Part shown: positions 8,779 to 18,782 of the stretch, one piece after another
How the letters are laid out: every line of letters begins with the position of its first letter
Position numbering within the stretch: position 1 is the stretch's first letter
The notes under the pieces: model-generated
Database searches by the model: none
What the model saw: the letters and a program-made list of their open reading frames with translations, nothing else
Told to the model about the DNA's origin: nothing
Source: a virus
DNA: 64,000 bases
Strand: one strand, 5' to 3'
Virus record (IMG/VR): IMGVR_UViG_3300020180_000015
Coordinates: 19,552 to 83,551 of that record
Made by a program: the position numbers and the translations under genes

Positions 8779-9567
8779 TTATCCTCCCACTGCGACTAGC
8801 TCGACGACGTGAAGGTACTCCTTCACCTTGCCATCGGGTTGGGGTGCGTGCTGAACTTGTGCGGTAAAACGCCACTGCCCGTGTGCCTCAACCTTGCCCT
8901 CATCGACGCTCAGTCCGAGCGCCTTGAGCAGTTCTCCTGCGACACTCCAGTCTTTCGAGTCGCCGCCGCTTTTCCCCTTCACGTAAACCGTGTGAAGCGG
9001 ATACTTGACCCCGGCGGGTCCCCAAAACTGATAAGTCGGCGATCCGGCGTTCGTGCTTTTGACGATCTTATTGACTAGCCAACTCACGGTATCGCCGTTT
9101 TTGAACTGCGGGTTGTTGAGTGCCGACGCTCTTATCGAGTACTGACTGCCGTTCGGCGATTGCTGCGCCGCTGGGGGCTGCTGTGGCGTATTTACCACTG
9201 GCGGCTCACCAACGTCCCCCAACGGCGTTCCCGTCGCCAACAGCATGGCTGCGGTCATTAGCTGCTGCGGTGTGGTCGTTTCGGTTGCGATGAGCGTTAT
9301 AGATCGCCCATCGATAACCGTCGTCATTTTTGCCACGATGCTCGGCATATCCGACGGCGGCGTGATCTGACATGCGACGTTCTTCTCGTCACTCTTTTTA
9401 CCCGCCTGCAGCAATTTATCCACGTAGCGCACAACTCGCAACGTCTCTCTCAGTATCTCCGTCGTACAAAGCGGCATGACCCACACGGCATATCGCGTCT
9501 TACCTTCTGTCCACACACGTTCCCCGATGACCGCCTGCCCGGTCGCCAGTGTCGGCTGACTTTCCAT
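8779..9567 (-). CDS. Hypothetical protein (beta-rich C-terminal domain, possibly ssDNA-binding)
   Basis: GGAGG RBS and own promoter TTGACG-N18-TAGGAT. Confidence 0.55.
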   Translation of the reverse strand: MESQPTLATGQAVIGERVWTEGKTRYAVWVMPLCTTEILRETLRVVRYVDKLLQAGKKSDEKNVACQITPPSDMPSIVAKMTTVIDGRSITLIATETTTPQQLMTAAMLLATGTPLGDVGEPPVVNTPQQPPAAQQSPNGSQYSIRASALNNPQFKNGDTVSWLVNKIVKSTNAGSPTYQFWGPAGVKYPLHTVYVKGKSGGDSKDWSVAGELLKALGLSVDEGKVEAHGQWRFTAQVQHAPQPDGKVKEYLHVVELVAVGG

Positions 9568-9856
9568 TACGCTAAGCCCTCCATCCTTTATATCCTAGAT
9601 TATAAAGCTGTTACACGTCAAGAGGCGGATATTAATTCGTCGATCTCTCGGATCGCTTGTTTGCGTCCGTCTCTCTCGACACGGGTTTGAAACGGCATCG
9701 ACTCAAGGATCACCAGCGCAAGTCGTGCGATGCGTAACGACTGCCGCCGTATCAAATTCGTCAATTTGTCGAATTTCACCCTATCCCCCTTGACTTCATA
9801 TTCTTTCCATTATACATTATAACCATTGTAGGCGGGCGAGTAAAGGGACGAACGAA

Positions 9857-10198
9857 ATGAAAGCAGTTACAGCGGTAGGCGGATCGGTTATAAAGTTCTT
9901 CTGGTTCATGATTTCATCGGTTATCTACGTGGTCGCACTCGCAGCATATCACGCGCTGCGAATCGCCTTCCGGTTCTTGCAGTCGGTGCTGGTCGCCATC
10001 GCTTTCGCATTTTTAGCCTTCGCTTATTTTAACGCGACGCCAGACGGCAAGTCAAAGATCGGGCGGATCATGCAGTGGGTGGTGGGCGAGGCACCGAAGC
10101 AGGATGCCGACTCCAAGCGGAAGCTGATGGCTACCCGTGTCCGCGCTGGCGGCAAGAATAAACGCACGAAGGTTTACGACAAAGCCTTTGGGCGTTAA
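9857..10198 (+). CDS. Membrane protein
   Basis: Two hydrophobic helices, basic tail; promoter TTGACT-N17-TACATT at 9790-9818. Confidence 0.6.
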   Translation: MKAVTAVGGSVIKFFWFMISSVIYVVALAAYHALRIAFRFLQSVLVAIAFAFLAFAYFNATPDGKSKIGRIMQWVVGEAPKQDADSKRKLMATRVRAGGKNKRTKVYDKAFGR

Positions 10199-10259
10199 GA
10201 TTATCAAGACGCGAATCGACGCGCCGCAGCAATGCGGCGCTTTATCATGGGGGGTCACG

Positions 10260-10622
10260 ATGTCAGAGGGGAAAGAGGTGCTGCGAACATTGATCACATT
10301 AAAGGTGATGGCGCAGTTTTTACAGGACACTGGGAAACATCCAAGACCCCGTGATCTGTTATCGCCGGGATTTACTATCCGTGCGGAATGGGAGCGGCTC
10401 GGCATCCACAAGGAATACCCGCACCAGATGCATCTGCCGCACTTGTACGCGGCATTCTGGGATCTCAAGGGGCTTGGGTTGATCGACGACGTGGGTGATG
10501 GTCGTGTGGATCGGAACGTGCCGCAGTTTCAATTGAGTGAGCGCGGCGTGCAAGCCGCCGCGATGTTGGGTAACGATTGGCGGCAATGGAAAACGCCGGA
10601 GGAACTAGCCAATGCTGTTTAA
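10260..10622 (+). CDS. Hypothetical winged-helix-like protein
   Basis: LKGLGLI...FQLSERG; start reassigned to ATG 10260. Confidence 0.5.
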   Translation: MSEGKEVLRTLITLKVMAQFLQDTGKHPRPRDLLSPGFTIRAEWERLGIHKEYPHQMHLPHLYAAFWDLKGLGLIDDVGDGRVDRNVPQFQLSERGVQAAAMLGNDWRQWKTPEELANAV

Positions 10623-10773
10623 ACCGGAACATATTCTGCCGATCATTGAGGATCGGAAAACTCAGACGCGCCGCGAGTACCGGGAAGGGGAACACCTCGA
10701 TTCGTATTGGGGCGGGAAAGTCCGCGCATGGAAGATCGACTTTAAACGCCTGAAGGTTTCGGAGTCGACGTGA
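10612..10773 (+). CDS. 53-aa ASCH-like mini-protein or internally deleted pseudogene
   Basis: MLFKPEHILPIIEDRKTQTRR...AWKIDF; GGAGG RBS; below ORF-track cutoff. Confidence 0.5.
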   Translation: MLFKPEHILPIIEDRKTQTRREYREGEHLDSYWGGKVRAWKIDFKRLKVSEST

Positions 10774-10872
10774 AGAGCTATAGTTAAAACAGGTCGGTGT
10801 GGCAGCCGACCTATCATCGTTAATTAATGCCTCCGCCGAACACGGAGGCACAAGAAAGGTGCTGGCAGGCAG

Positions 10873-11772
10873 ATGGTTTTCGATTCTCTATCCCCCGAAC
10901 AACAGAAGCAAGTTCAAGACATTTTAGGTGAACTCAGAGTCAATAGCGGTAGGCTAGTGCGGATACGTATTGAGCAAGGGCAGCGTTTGCTGCGTCTTAA
11001 GGCAGTCGTCGGTCACGGCGGTTGGTTGTCGTGGTTGATCTCCTGCGACACAAATAGCGGCTACAAGTCGATTAAGACTGTTGAACGCGACATGATGCTG
11101 GCGGAAGCCCTGACGCCACACCTTATTGGTCTGACCGACGATATGCTCTCCGATCTAACCAACCTCACGGCGATGCGTGAACTCAGCGGCGACGAGAACG
11201 CCGATGCGCTCGACACGGCGATCCACCTGATGAAACAGGGGATCAGAGTCAACGGCGGTGCGGCGACGAAATTATCTGCCATTCACGCTGTGTCACCGGA
11301 ACTCGGCATCCGGGTGCGTGATGGCAAGATCACGGTCGACGACGCCTACGCGGTTGCTCGGCGTATTGACGAAGTGAAACCCGCGCAGAAAGTGGTCGAT
11401 CTGATTGTGCAATCGGGCGTCAAGTCGGGCGGGGTAGTGGATGCGCTGTCGTTGATGCATGATGAGCAGCGCGTGAAGTTTGAGGAAGTCGTCGCCAGTG
11501 GATCGATCTACAATGCCGCAACGGGGCAGGAAGTGCCGCTCGGCGAGGCATCCCTTGCTGACGCGACCTTAGCCGTCAACGACGAGGACGCCGAACGCGA
11601 ACGCCGCCGCCGGGAGTACATTCAGGCGTGGCGTGATGAGCAACCGGAACGCATCGCCGTGATCAGCGGTACTCGCGCCGAAGTGATCGCCCAGCTTGCC
11701 AAAGTCATCACCGCCGAAGAGTCGGTGAAGATTTATGTCTATCCCCAAGCGGTTTCGATCCCAACTGAATAG
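10873..11772 (+). CDS. DUF3102-like domain protein
   Basis: GQRLLRLKAVVGHGGWLSWL...ERDM.LA. Confidence 0.6.
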   Translation: MVFDSLSPEQQKQVQDILGELRVNSGRLVRIRIEQGQRLLRLKAVVGHGGWLSWLISCDTNSGYKSIKTVERDMMLAEALTPHLIGLTDDMLSDLTNLTAMRELSGDENADALDTAIHLMKQGIRVNGGAATKLSAIHAVSPELGIRVRDGKITVDDAYAVARRIDEVKPAQKVVDLIVQSGVKSGGVVDALSLMHDEQRVKFEEVVASGSIYNAATGQEVPLGEASLADATLAVNDEDAERERRRREYIQAWRDEQPERIAVISGTRAEVIAQLAKVITAEESVKIYVYPQAVSIPTE

Positions 11773-11888
11773 GAAGTGCAGATGGATAAGCGCATTGCCG
11801 AAATGGATCGACTGCTTTAAAACCGACGCGGGCGGCGGGGCAAGACTCGCAACCCGCGTTTTGATTGCTATTTGATCAACGCAAATGC

Positions 11889-11932
11889 TTGACTTCGATC
11901 TCTGTTTAGCTTATACTCTTTACTGTAAAGAT
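11889..11932 (+). promoter_or_regulatory. Sigma70 promoter with palindromic operator
   Basis: TTGACT-N17-TATACT then TCTTTAC-T-GTAAAGA. Confidence 0.75.
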
Positions 11933-11952
11933 TATAAAAAGGCAGGCGGGAA

Positions 11953-13038
11953 ATGGCACACGGGATTTTAGGTCAACGCTTTTTCAACAACCGGACTCAA
12001 CCAGCGTGGCACGAACTCGGCGTCAACACGGAAGAGGCACACACGGCGGAAGAGGCACTACGACGGCTTGGGCTTTACGCGGTCACCAAGCGCCCGATGT
12101 TTACACACTACGACGGCGCGATGCGTAAGACGGGTTGGTACTCGCTGATGCGCGAACCGATCCCTGAAGACCCGGAATGGCGAGCCTTCGGCACTCCGGT
12201 GAGCGAGGACTACGAACTGGTGGATCCGATGTCTTGCGTGAAAGCGTGGGACGGCGCGGTCAAGGACGCGCACGGAAAGCCTGTCTCAATTGAGACGTTC
12301 GGAGTGCTGGGGAAGGGCGAACAGATTTTCATCAGCGTCAAGCTGCCCAAGACAATCGTCGTGCGCGGCGACGAAATAGACACTTATTTGCTTTATAACA
12401 ACCCGATGTCAAACGGGTTCACCTGCGGTGGTTACACGACAGGCGTGAGGGTGGTCTGTCAGAATACGCTGAACGCGGCGCTACGTGGCACGATTCAAAG
12501 TTTCGCGGTGACACACACCAGCGGGGCGATTGAGCGATTGAGCAAGTGGCTCGGACAGATTTACGCGACTGCAATCGCCTCAACCGAAGTGCTGCAGGCG
12601 GGGTACGAAGCCCTCGCCGACAAGCGGATCAGTAACGATGCGGCGCGCTGGGTCATTGAAAAGACCTACGAACTGCCGAGGATGCCGGATCAGACTGATC
12701 CAGAGGATCGGGGGACGCTCGACATCGAAGAGCGTATGAAGCGGTACGACCGCGAACGTGACCTTATCCGCCGACTGCGGCAGAAAGCCTACAGCTTTTG
12801 GGAAGGCGAAGGCACGGGGATGGATACGCCAGCGGTTCAGGGGACCGCGTTCGGAGTGTGGAACGCGGTCACCGAACTCGAAACGTACCGCAAAGGGGAC
12901 TTGAGCAAGGCGACTGCCCAACTGCTGAATGGCGCACGGGCGGATCGCATCCGAAACTCCTACACCTTGGCGCTGCACGCGGATCGTTGGCAAACGATCA
13001 GCGACAGCGAACTGAAGCTGAAGAAAGTCCGCGTCTAA
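11953..13038 (+). CDS. DUF932-family phage/plasmid protein
   Basis: PAWHELG, ETFGVLGKG, RVVCQNTL, HT, GTAFGVWNAVTE. Confidence 0.85.
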   Translation: MAHGILGQRFFNNRTQPAWHELGVNTEEAHTAEEALRRLGLYAVTKRPMFTHYDGAMRKTGWYSLMREPIPEDPEWRAFGTPVSEDYELVDPMSCVKAWDGAVKDAHGKPVSIETFGVLGKGEQIFISVKLPKTIVVRGDEIDTYLLYNNPMSNGFTCGGYTTGVRVVCQNTLNAALRGTIQSFAVTHTSGAIERLSKWLGQIYATAIASTEVLQAGYEALADKRISNDAARWVIEKTYELPRMPDQTDPEDRGTLDIEERMKRYDRERDLIRRLRQKAYSFWEGEGTGMDTPAVQGTAFGVWNAVTELETYRKGDLSKATAQLLNGARADRIRNSYTLALHADRWQTISDSELKLKKVRV

Positions 13039-13109
13039 CAAAGTTACCCGGTGCGCCGCCTGCCGAACACAGGCAGCGCACCTTCGCAGAGATTAGTGGA
13101 GGAACGAAG

Positions 13110-13502
13110 ATGCCTTACGACAAACAAATCCCGGAAGATGAGTATGTTCTAACGGGGCGGCAAGCACCGCACATGGGGGAAGTCATCGCGCCGATGCGTT
13201 TGCTGCGCGGCGTGGCAGGGGCGTATGGCACGCTCTTCTATGATGCTGATACCGACGAATGGGGGGGGGTAGTTGAATCCCACATCAGTGACACGTATGT
13301 CCCTTGCCGCATCCGGCGAGGCGAGGACGGTAAAGCCGAAACGGTGTTTGATTTTTGCGACGAAGGTGCCGTGCCGATCCACAGCATGATCGGGGTGGAT
13401 AATACGCTGCTCGGCGCAATGTCCCGGATGGTCGCTTACCTCAATCCGCCGGATGACGATAACAGTGGCGGGAATATGCCCGTCAAAACGGAGGCGCACT
13501 GA
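13110..13502 (+). CDS. Hypothetical protein
   Basis: GGAGG RBS before ATG 13110. Confidence 0.55.
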   Translation: MPYDKQIPEDEYVLTGRQAPHMGEVIAPMRLLRGVAGAYGTLFYDADTDEWGGVVESHISDTYVPCRIRRGEDGKAETVFDFCDEGAVPIHSMIGVDNTLLGAMSRMVAYLNPPDDDNSGGNMPVKTEAH

Positions 13503-13750
13503 TGCGCCAACTAAGCCCAAAGGAGGCGGCGGCACTGCGCCGCCTCCAAGATGAGCTAATCGAAGCAGGGGTGCAGTTCGGTTGGCGACCCCATGTGCCG
13601 ATCAGCGCGGAACTGCCGCCCCATGTCACCTTAAGCTACTTAAAGAGTCAGCTTGTGCCGGAATATGCTGGCGAGTTTCGCAGTATCGTGAATACGTTGT
13701 GCGGATTCAACCCCGCCGACCTGCCAACCGAGGAGATTATCCGTGGATAA
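13502..13750 (+). CDS. Hypothetical protein
   Basis: Translationally coupled, GGAGG RBS. Confidence 0.55.
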   Translation: MRQLSPKEAAALRRLQDELIEAGVQFGWRPHVPISAELPPHVTLSYLKSQLVPEYAGEFRSIVNTLCGFNPADLPTEEIIRG

Positions 13751-14171
13751 CAAGAAGCTGAAGGCACTCCGCGAGATGGCGGGATGCCGCGCCGCCATCG
13801 GTACGCTGCAAGAAACCGTGCCGCGCCGTACCTCGGAGTTTAGTGACCTGACGGCACAGGCGCTGGCGCTTGATTCTGAACTTGCCAAGTCTGTGTCCGA
13901 ACTGCTCAATCATATAGACAGCACGGATGCGGCGCACTCGAAACTGATCTTTATGTTGGTGATGCGGCAGGGCGAACTGCGGATGGTCATCGACGATCTT
14001 GCGCCGGATCATCCGATCCTAACTCGCGTCCCTCGTTTATGGATCAACCAACTGGTCGACCACCTGCGAGAAGGGCTGATCGAGATTGCCGAACTCGACG
14101 GCAATGCGGCTGCTATAGCACGAGCGCGGTTGGATACACAGCCGCTGCCAGAGGACGCCGACGAGTCTTAA
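13743..14171 (+). CDS. Hypothetical helical protein
   Basis: Overlapping operon gene, GGAG RBS. Confidence 0.55.
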   Translation: MDNKKLKALREMAGCRAAIGTLQETVPRRTSEFSDLTAQALALDSELAKSVSELLNHIDSTDAAHSKLIFMLVMRQGELRMVIDDLAPDHPILTRVPRLWINQLVDHLREGLIEIAELDGNAAAIARARLDTQPLPEDADES

Positions 14172-14253
14172 GTGCCGCTGGGTCGTGTGTTGACCGACGC
14201 GCACGACCAGCCCATAATGTATCGTATAAAGAGTACAAAGCAACGAGGCGCAG

Positions 14254-14622
14254 ATGTTTAAGTATTATACGCCACAGAATATCCCGCACTTCGGCGAACG
14301 TCGCAGTGATCGGATCGTCGTAATCCCGATCAACAGCGGCAATGTCGTCGGCAAATGCTGGATTGCGGAATGGGCGCATATTCAGACTGAAATAGCACGA
14401 CGCGGGCAAGACGATCTCGGACTCGTCGTGATGGATGCAAAGGCGGCACTGATCGCCGCGACCTACGATGACGCAGCTGCAATGTGGGAACCAATTGTTA
14501 TCAAGTCCGACAGTGGGGCAGTGGTCGCGGTGGTGATGACGCTCGACTGCTTCACGGTCGGACTTGATTGGTTGAAATATCGACTCGAAGAAACGGGCGA
14601 ATGGGGTATCGCAGTCAAGTAG
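14254..14622 (+). CDS. Hypothetical protein
   Basis: Promoter TTGACC-N17-CATAAT at 14190-14218; GAGG RBS. Confidence 0.55.
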   Translation: MFKYYTPQNIPHFGERRSDRIVVIPINSGNVVGKCWIAEWAHIQTEIARRGQDDLGLVVMDAKAALIAATYDDAAAMWEPIVIKSDSGAVVAVVMTLDCFTVGLDWLKYRLEETGEWGIAVK

Positions 14623-14696
14623 CAGTACCGCCCACAGCGAAGCGCCGATACGCCGAGCGGGGCAATAACACATCGATGGCTTAAGCAATTGAGGAC

Positions 14697-14966
14697 ATGG
14701 CAGTGTCACAGATCACGATTCAATACTCCCAAACAGAAACAGAACAACCAGAAAAATGCTGTCAGGATTGCGGTGCGCCGCTGCGGATGGATTGGTTTCC
14801 ATCCTTCTTGGGTCGACACGGATATTGGTCGGCTACGTGCGATACGACGACGTGCGAACTCGAAGGAGTCACGCTGTCTGTTCATCGCTTCCCTCTGCCT
14901 GAAGAAACGGCAGAGAGCTACCGCCGCCCGTTTCGCAACCGAAAGGACAACCACAGCGCCGGGTAG
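14697..14966 (+). CDS. Small zinc-ribbon protein
   Basis: CQDCG...CDTTTC; GAGGA RBS. Confidence 0.5.
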   Translation: MAVSQITIQYSQTETEQPEKCCQDCGAPLRMDWFPSFLGRHGYWSATCDTTTCELEGVTLSVHRFPLPEETAESYRRPFRNRKDNHSAG

Positions 14967-15081
14967 TCTGTTAGCTCTTTCACCCGACCAATTTACCCTG
15001 ACCGGTAAATTGGTCGACCATGGGGAACGCCCGCCGCAAGGCGTCGTGCTTGGACAAATTAACTAGGGAAAGGGGATCGCC

Positions 15082-15510
15082 GTGAAATCGTTGTTCGCAC
15101 AGGTTGTGCAGTTAGATCGTCTGGTTGCCATCGTCGCCGACCAGCACATCGCTACGGCAGGGGTCGATTTGAAAGTCGTCCACGTCATTATTCTCGCCGC
15201 GTTGTATGAGCGCAACGGACGCCGCGCCAAAGACTTGGCAGCCGCCATCGGGTTTCCGGCAACATCGTTCACGCCGAGTCTTGATAGTGCTGAATCCGAC
15301 GGATTGGTTGAGCGACGCGCAGATAAACTGGATCGCCGCGCCGTCAATATTTATCTGACGCCGAAAGCCGAAGCGATGCGCGATCAGGTGCTGGCGGCGT
15401 ATGCCGCCATGGAGCATGGCATCCGTATCCAGATCGACGACTTCGTGTCGAGACTGCCCGAAATGACCGACCACGAGCTCGCCATTGCACTTGCGCGAGT
15501 GCTGGCATAA
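15082..15510 (+). CDS. MarR-family transcriptional regulator
   Basis: AKDLAAAIG...GLVERR..DRRAVNIYLTPK. Confidence 0.85.
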   Translation: MKSLFAQVVQLDRLVAIVADQHIATAGVDLKVVHVIILAALYERNGRRAKDLAAAIGFPATSFTPSLDSAESDGLVERRADKLDRRAVNIYLTPKAEAMRDQVLAAYAAMEHGIRIQIDDFVSRLPEMTDHELAIALARVLA

Positions 15511-15666
15511 GCATCGGCAAACCCGTCGCGCTGTGGCGGGTTGTGTGGAAGGAATAGGCAAGCGCCGATCCTAATGCCGTACCGACGCGGCGTTGCCCGT
15601 CGTGCGGCGATTTCGGCACATCGTTCAATTTAGCGGCGGGTACTGCGGAAACCACAGGAGAGCTTG

Positions 15667-16167
15667 ATGGCACTTTATATTTTCGATCTGGACGGCACAT
15701 TGGTACGCGGCGTGAATGGGGTGAAAGTCCCTAAACGTCACGAGCAGCAGGAAATAATCCCCGGCGTCATCGAGAAGTGCGCCACACTTCTCGCCGAAGG
15801 ACATCTACTTGCGATTGCTTCAAATCAGGGCGGAGTCGCCCATGCGCTGTGCAGTGTGCCGGACTCGGTTGATCGGGTGCGGGCTGCAAGTGAAGCGATA
15901 GGCGGCGCATCGGGTTGGATGATTTCGCTCTATCATGTGGATGGTCACGACGTGAGTCCTCTGCACATGCCGCGACACGGAATCGCCGCGACCCCATTCT
16001 ATCGCAAACCCCAGCCGGGGATGTTGCTGCATCTGATGCTCACTCTTGGGTCGACTGCGCCGAACACAGTCTTTGTCGGCGACATGCAAAGCGATGCGGA
16101 TGCGGCGCGAAACGCGGGTATCGCGTTTGAGTGGGCGGAAAAGTTTTTCGCTAGAGGGGCGACATGA
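15667..16167 (+). CDS. HAD-IIIA phosphatase
   Basis: FDLDGTL, SNQGG, RKPQPGM, VGD...D. Confidence 0.88.
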   Translation: MALYIFDLDGTLVRGVNGVKVPKRHEQQEIIPGVIEKCATLLAEGHLLAIASNQGGVAHALCSVPDSVDRVRAASEAIGGASGWMISLYHVDGHDVSPLHMPRHGIAATPFYRKPQPGMLLHLMLTLGSTAPNTVFVGDMQSDADAARNAGIAFEWAEKFFARGAT

Positions 16168-16391
16168 GCGAAAATACAGAAGAAAAACAAGAATATACCT
16201 ATCTTGATGGTACGAGCGCGGGGTTGCTGAGTGAGAGTGAGGCTGCTGATGCGGGTTTTTGTCCCGGCTGCGGCTGCTTTGTCGCGGGAACTGAACGTGA
16301 GAGTTACTCAATGCTGGTTTACGGTTTATGTGACGAGTGCGTTTACTCTTTCGACGATCACGATCAAGGCGACTTGATTGGCGAGGGATGA
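16164..16391 (+). CDS. Small acidic Cys-rich protein
   Basis: CPGCG...CDEC. Confidence 0.5.
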   Translation: MSENTEEKQEYTYLDGTSAGLLSESEAADAGFCPGCGCFVAGTERESYSMLVYGLCDECVYSFDDHDQGDLIGEG

Positions 16392-16400
16392 GGTGGGTCA

Positions 16401-16841
16401 ATGCTTGAATTGCAACCGATCAGTTATTTGGAAGCTTGTACCTTCATCAACAAAAACCATAGCCACCACCGTGCGCCGCAAGGGTGGAAGTTCGGCATTG
16501 CTGTTAATGACGGTGAAAAAGTTGTTGGTGTAATCACCGTTGGCCGTCCGGTGTCTCGGATACTTGATAACGGATGGACACTAGAGGTAACGAGGTGCTG
16601 TACCGACGGCACTAAGAACGCGGCAAGTAAACTTTATGGCGCGGCAGCGCGGGCAGCTTCCGCTTTGGGGTATAAGCGACTTATCACCTACACGCTTCAA
16701 TCGGAAACGGGTACTTCTCTATTGGCGGCGGGGTGGAAATCGCTTTATGTGACGCCGGGTCGACCATGGAATTCGGCGAGTCGTCCGCGTGTGGACACTC
16801 ACCCTTTAGGGCAAAAGACACTTTGGGAAGCTGTTCTGTAA
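16401..16841 (+). CDS. XF1762-family (Mom-like GNAT-fold) protein
   Basis: HSHH, VGRPVSR.LD.G.TLEVTR, LYGAA, ITYT...E.G.SL.A.GW. Confidence 0.8.
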   Translation: MLELQPISYLEACTFINKNHSHHRAPQGWKFGIAVNDGEKVVGVITVGRPVSRILDNGWTLEVTRCCTDGTKNAASKLYGAAARAASALGYKRLITYTLQSETGTSLLAAGWKSLYVTPGRPWNSASRPRVDTHPLGQKTLWEAVL

Positions 16842-16930
16842 GGCGGGCGAATACGACGACGAGCACGCCGACTTGTATGACTACTAAGCGGCGCGGGTCT
16901 GAACTATCAGACCCGCCAGTGCAGGGGGGC

Positions 16931-17350
16931 ATGATGAGTATGTTTGTTATCTGGCGTGTTGATCAAGCCTACGTTTGCGGACCCGGCATTGACGGCGATA
17001 TTTACGATTCAGAAGAATGGGCAAACGACGTGCGTTGGGCAACAGCACGCGAGACACCCGACTTCACCATCCTAGAATATGTCGATTGCGACCCGCCGCC
17101 CGCGCTCGATTACGCGGCGCTCTCAGACGGCGAACGCGCCGCCGTCGATATGCTCTACCACGGGGAGTTGCAGCAGTACGAACAGCGCCATATGCCCTGC
17201 ACTAAGCGCGAGATCGCCCGGCTTGTGAAGCAAGGGTGGATTGGCGAGGATAAGGAATGGTTTGACGAGCGTTGCTACCATGGAAGCGCCTATCATCCGG
17301 CGGTTTACTGGATCACGCTGGGGGGGATAGAGGCGATAAGTAGCGAGTAG
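16931..17350 (+). CDS. Hypothetical protein with C-terminal wHTH-like segment
   Basis: LVKQGWI...YWITLGG. Confidence 0.5.
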   Translation: MMSMFVIWRVDQAYVCGPGIDGDIYDSEEWANDVRWATARETPDFTILEYVDCDPPPALDYAALSDGERAAVDMLYHGELQQYEQRHMPCTKREIARLVKQGWIGEDKEWFDERCYHGSAYHPAVYWITLGGIEAISSE

Positions 17351-17446
17351 CGGGAATGGGGTAGGGGTTGCTGCCGTGTCTGGTTTACGTGGCGGTTTTA
17401 TATTACGCTAAAATCAAATTCGACAATTTGACGATTTTGAGGTCAC

Positions 17447-18742
17447 ATGTCAGACGATCCACGCATCAAACATTCAAAGCTGAAGGACTTCACCCAAGAC
17501 CTTGAAAACGCGAATTTAGGCAGCGAACGCGGACAGCAAATGATCGAGGACTCCTTCCGAGAGTTAGGCGCGGCGCGTTCGATGGTCGCGGATAAGAACC
17601 GCACACTGATCGCCGGAAACAAGTCCGCCGAGGCAGCCATCGCCGCTGGACTTGAGGACGTGATCGAAGTTCACACGACGGGTAAAGAGGTGGTGATCGT
17701 CGTGCGTGACGACGTTGACTTGCTCGATGAAAGCGACTCGAAGGGTCGCCAGATCGCGTATCGAGATAATCGCTCCGCACAGGTATCCATGACGTGGGAC
17801 GCAGCGCGGTTGCTCGTCGACATGAAAACCCGTCCGGAAATCCTAGCAAAGATATTCACAGCCGATGAATTAAAGGTGTTGATCGCTCCGGCACTCGAAG
17901 CTGGCACAGGGGATGTGCCGGATGCCAAACTGGATCAGATCGAAGAAATTCATAAGAAGTGGGGCGCGAAAGAAGGCGACCTATGGCTCATCGAGTCAAA
18001 GTCGGGTTTCGGCGATCACCGGGTATTTTGCGGCGACTCGACCAAAGATGAGGATGTGCGCCTCGCCATCGGCGCACTGCATCCGAATCTGTGCATGACC
18101 GACCCGCCGTATGGAGTTGATTACGATCCGGCATGGCGCGAGGATATGGACATCGCACGCGGCGGCACGGGCGGCAACCACGCGATTGGCAAAGTACAGA
18201 ACGACGATATTGTCGACTGGAGCGCCGCGTATCGCCTGTTCCCCGGCAACGTGCTGTATGTGTGGCACGCCGGAGTATTCGCGCCGGAGGTCGGTATTAG
18301 CATCAAGGCGAGTGGATTTGATATTCGCGGTCAGATCATCTGGCGGAAACAAGCGCCTGTGATGAGCCGGGGCGCGTACCACTGGCAACATGAGCCAGCA
18401 TTCTACTCAGTCCGGCATGGGCAGACGGCGAACTGGAAAGGGGATCGCAAACAATCCACGATCTGGGACATCGCCAACATGAGCGCCGTGCAGGGCAGCG
18501 CCGAAGATAAACCGACGGGGCATTCTACCCAAAAACCCGCATCTGTTTTTACCCGATGCTTCCTGAACCACTCCCTTGCATCAGATGCAATCTACGATCC
18601 GTTTCTCGGATCGGGGACGGCGATTGCTGCGGCTGAGTCGTTGAGCCGCATCGGGTGCGGGTTGGAGATCGATCCTCGCTATGTTTCGTTGGTCATGGAA
18701 CGACTGTCGGATATGGGATTATCACCGAGGAGAGGCGAATGA
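17447..18742 (+). CDS. ParB-like N-domain plus DNA adenine methyltransferase
   Basis: LIAGN ParB-like segment; TDPPY, HSTQKP, DPFLGSGT; typical position upstream of terminase. Confidence 0.88.
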   Translation: MSDDPRIKHSKLKDFTQDLENANLGSERGQQMIEDSFRELGAARSMVADKNRTLIAGNKSAEAAIAAGLEDVIEVHTTGKEVVIVVRDDVDLLDESDSKGRQIAYRDNRSAQVSMTWDAARLLVDMKTRPEILAKIFTADELKVLIAPALEAGTGDVPDAKLDQIEEIHKKWGAKEGDLWLIESKSGFGDHRVFCGDSTKDEDVRLAIGALHPNLCMTDPPYGVDYDPAWREDMDIARGGTGGNHAIGKVQNDDIVDWSAAYRLFPGNVLYVWHAGVFAPEVGISIKASGFDIRGQIIWRKQAPVMSRGAYHWQHEPAFYSVRHGQTANWKGDRKQSTIWDIANMSAVQGSAEDKPTGHSTQKPASVFTRCFLNHSLASDAIYDPFLGSGTAIAAAESLSRIGCGLEIDPRYVSLVMERLSDMGLSPRRGE

Positions 18743-18782
18743 ATAGCCTCATGAAATTAACGTCACCTTATGGATAATCGCC

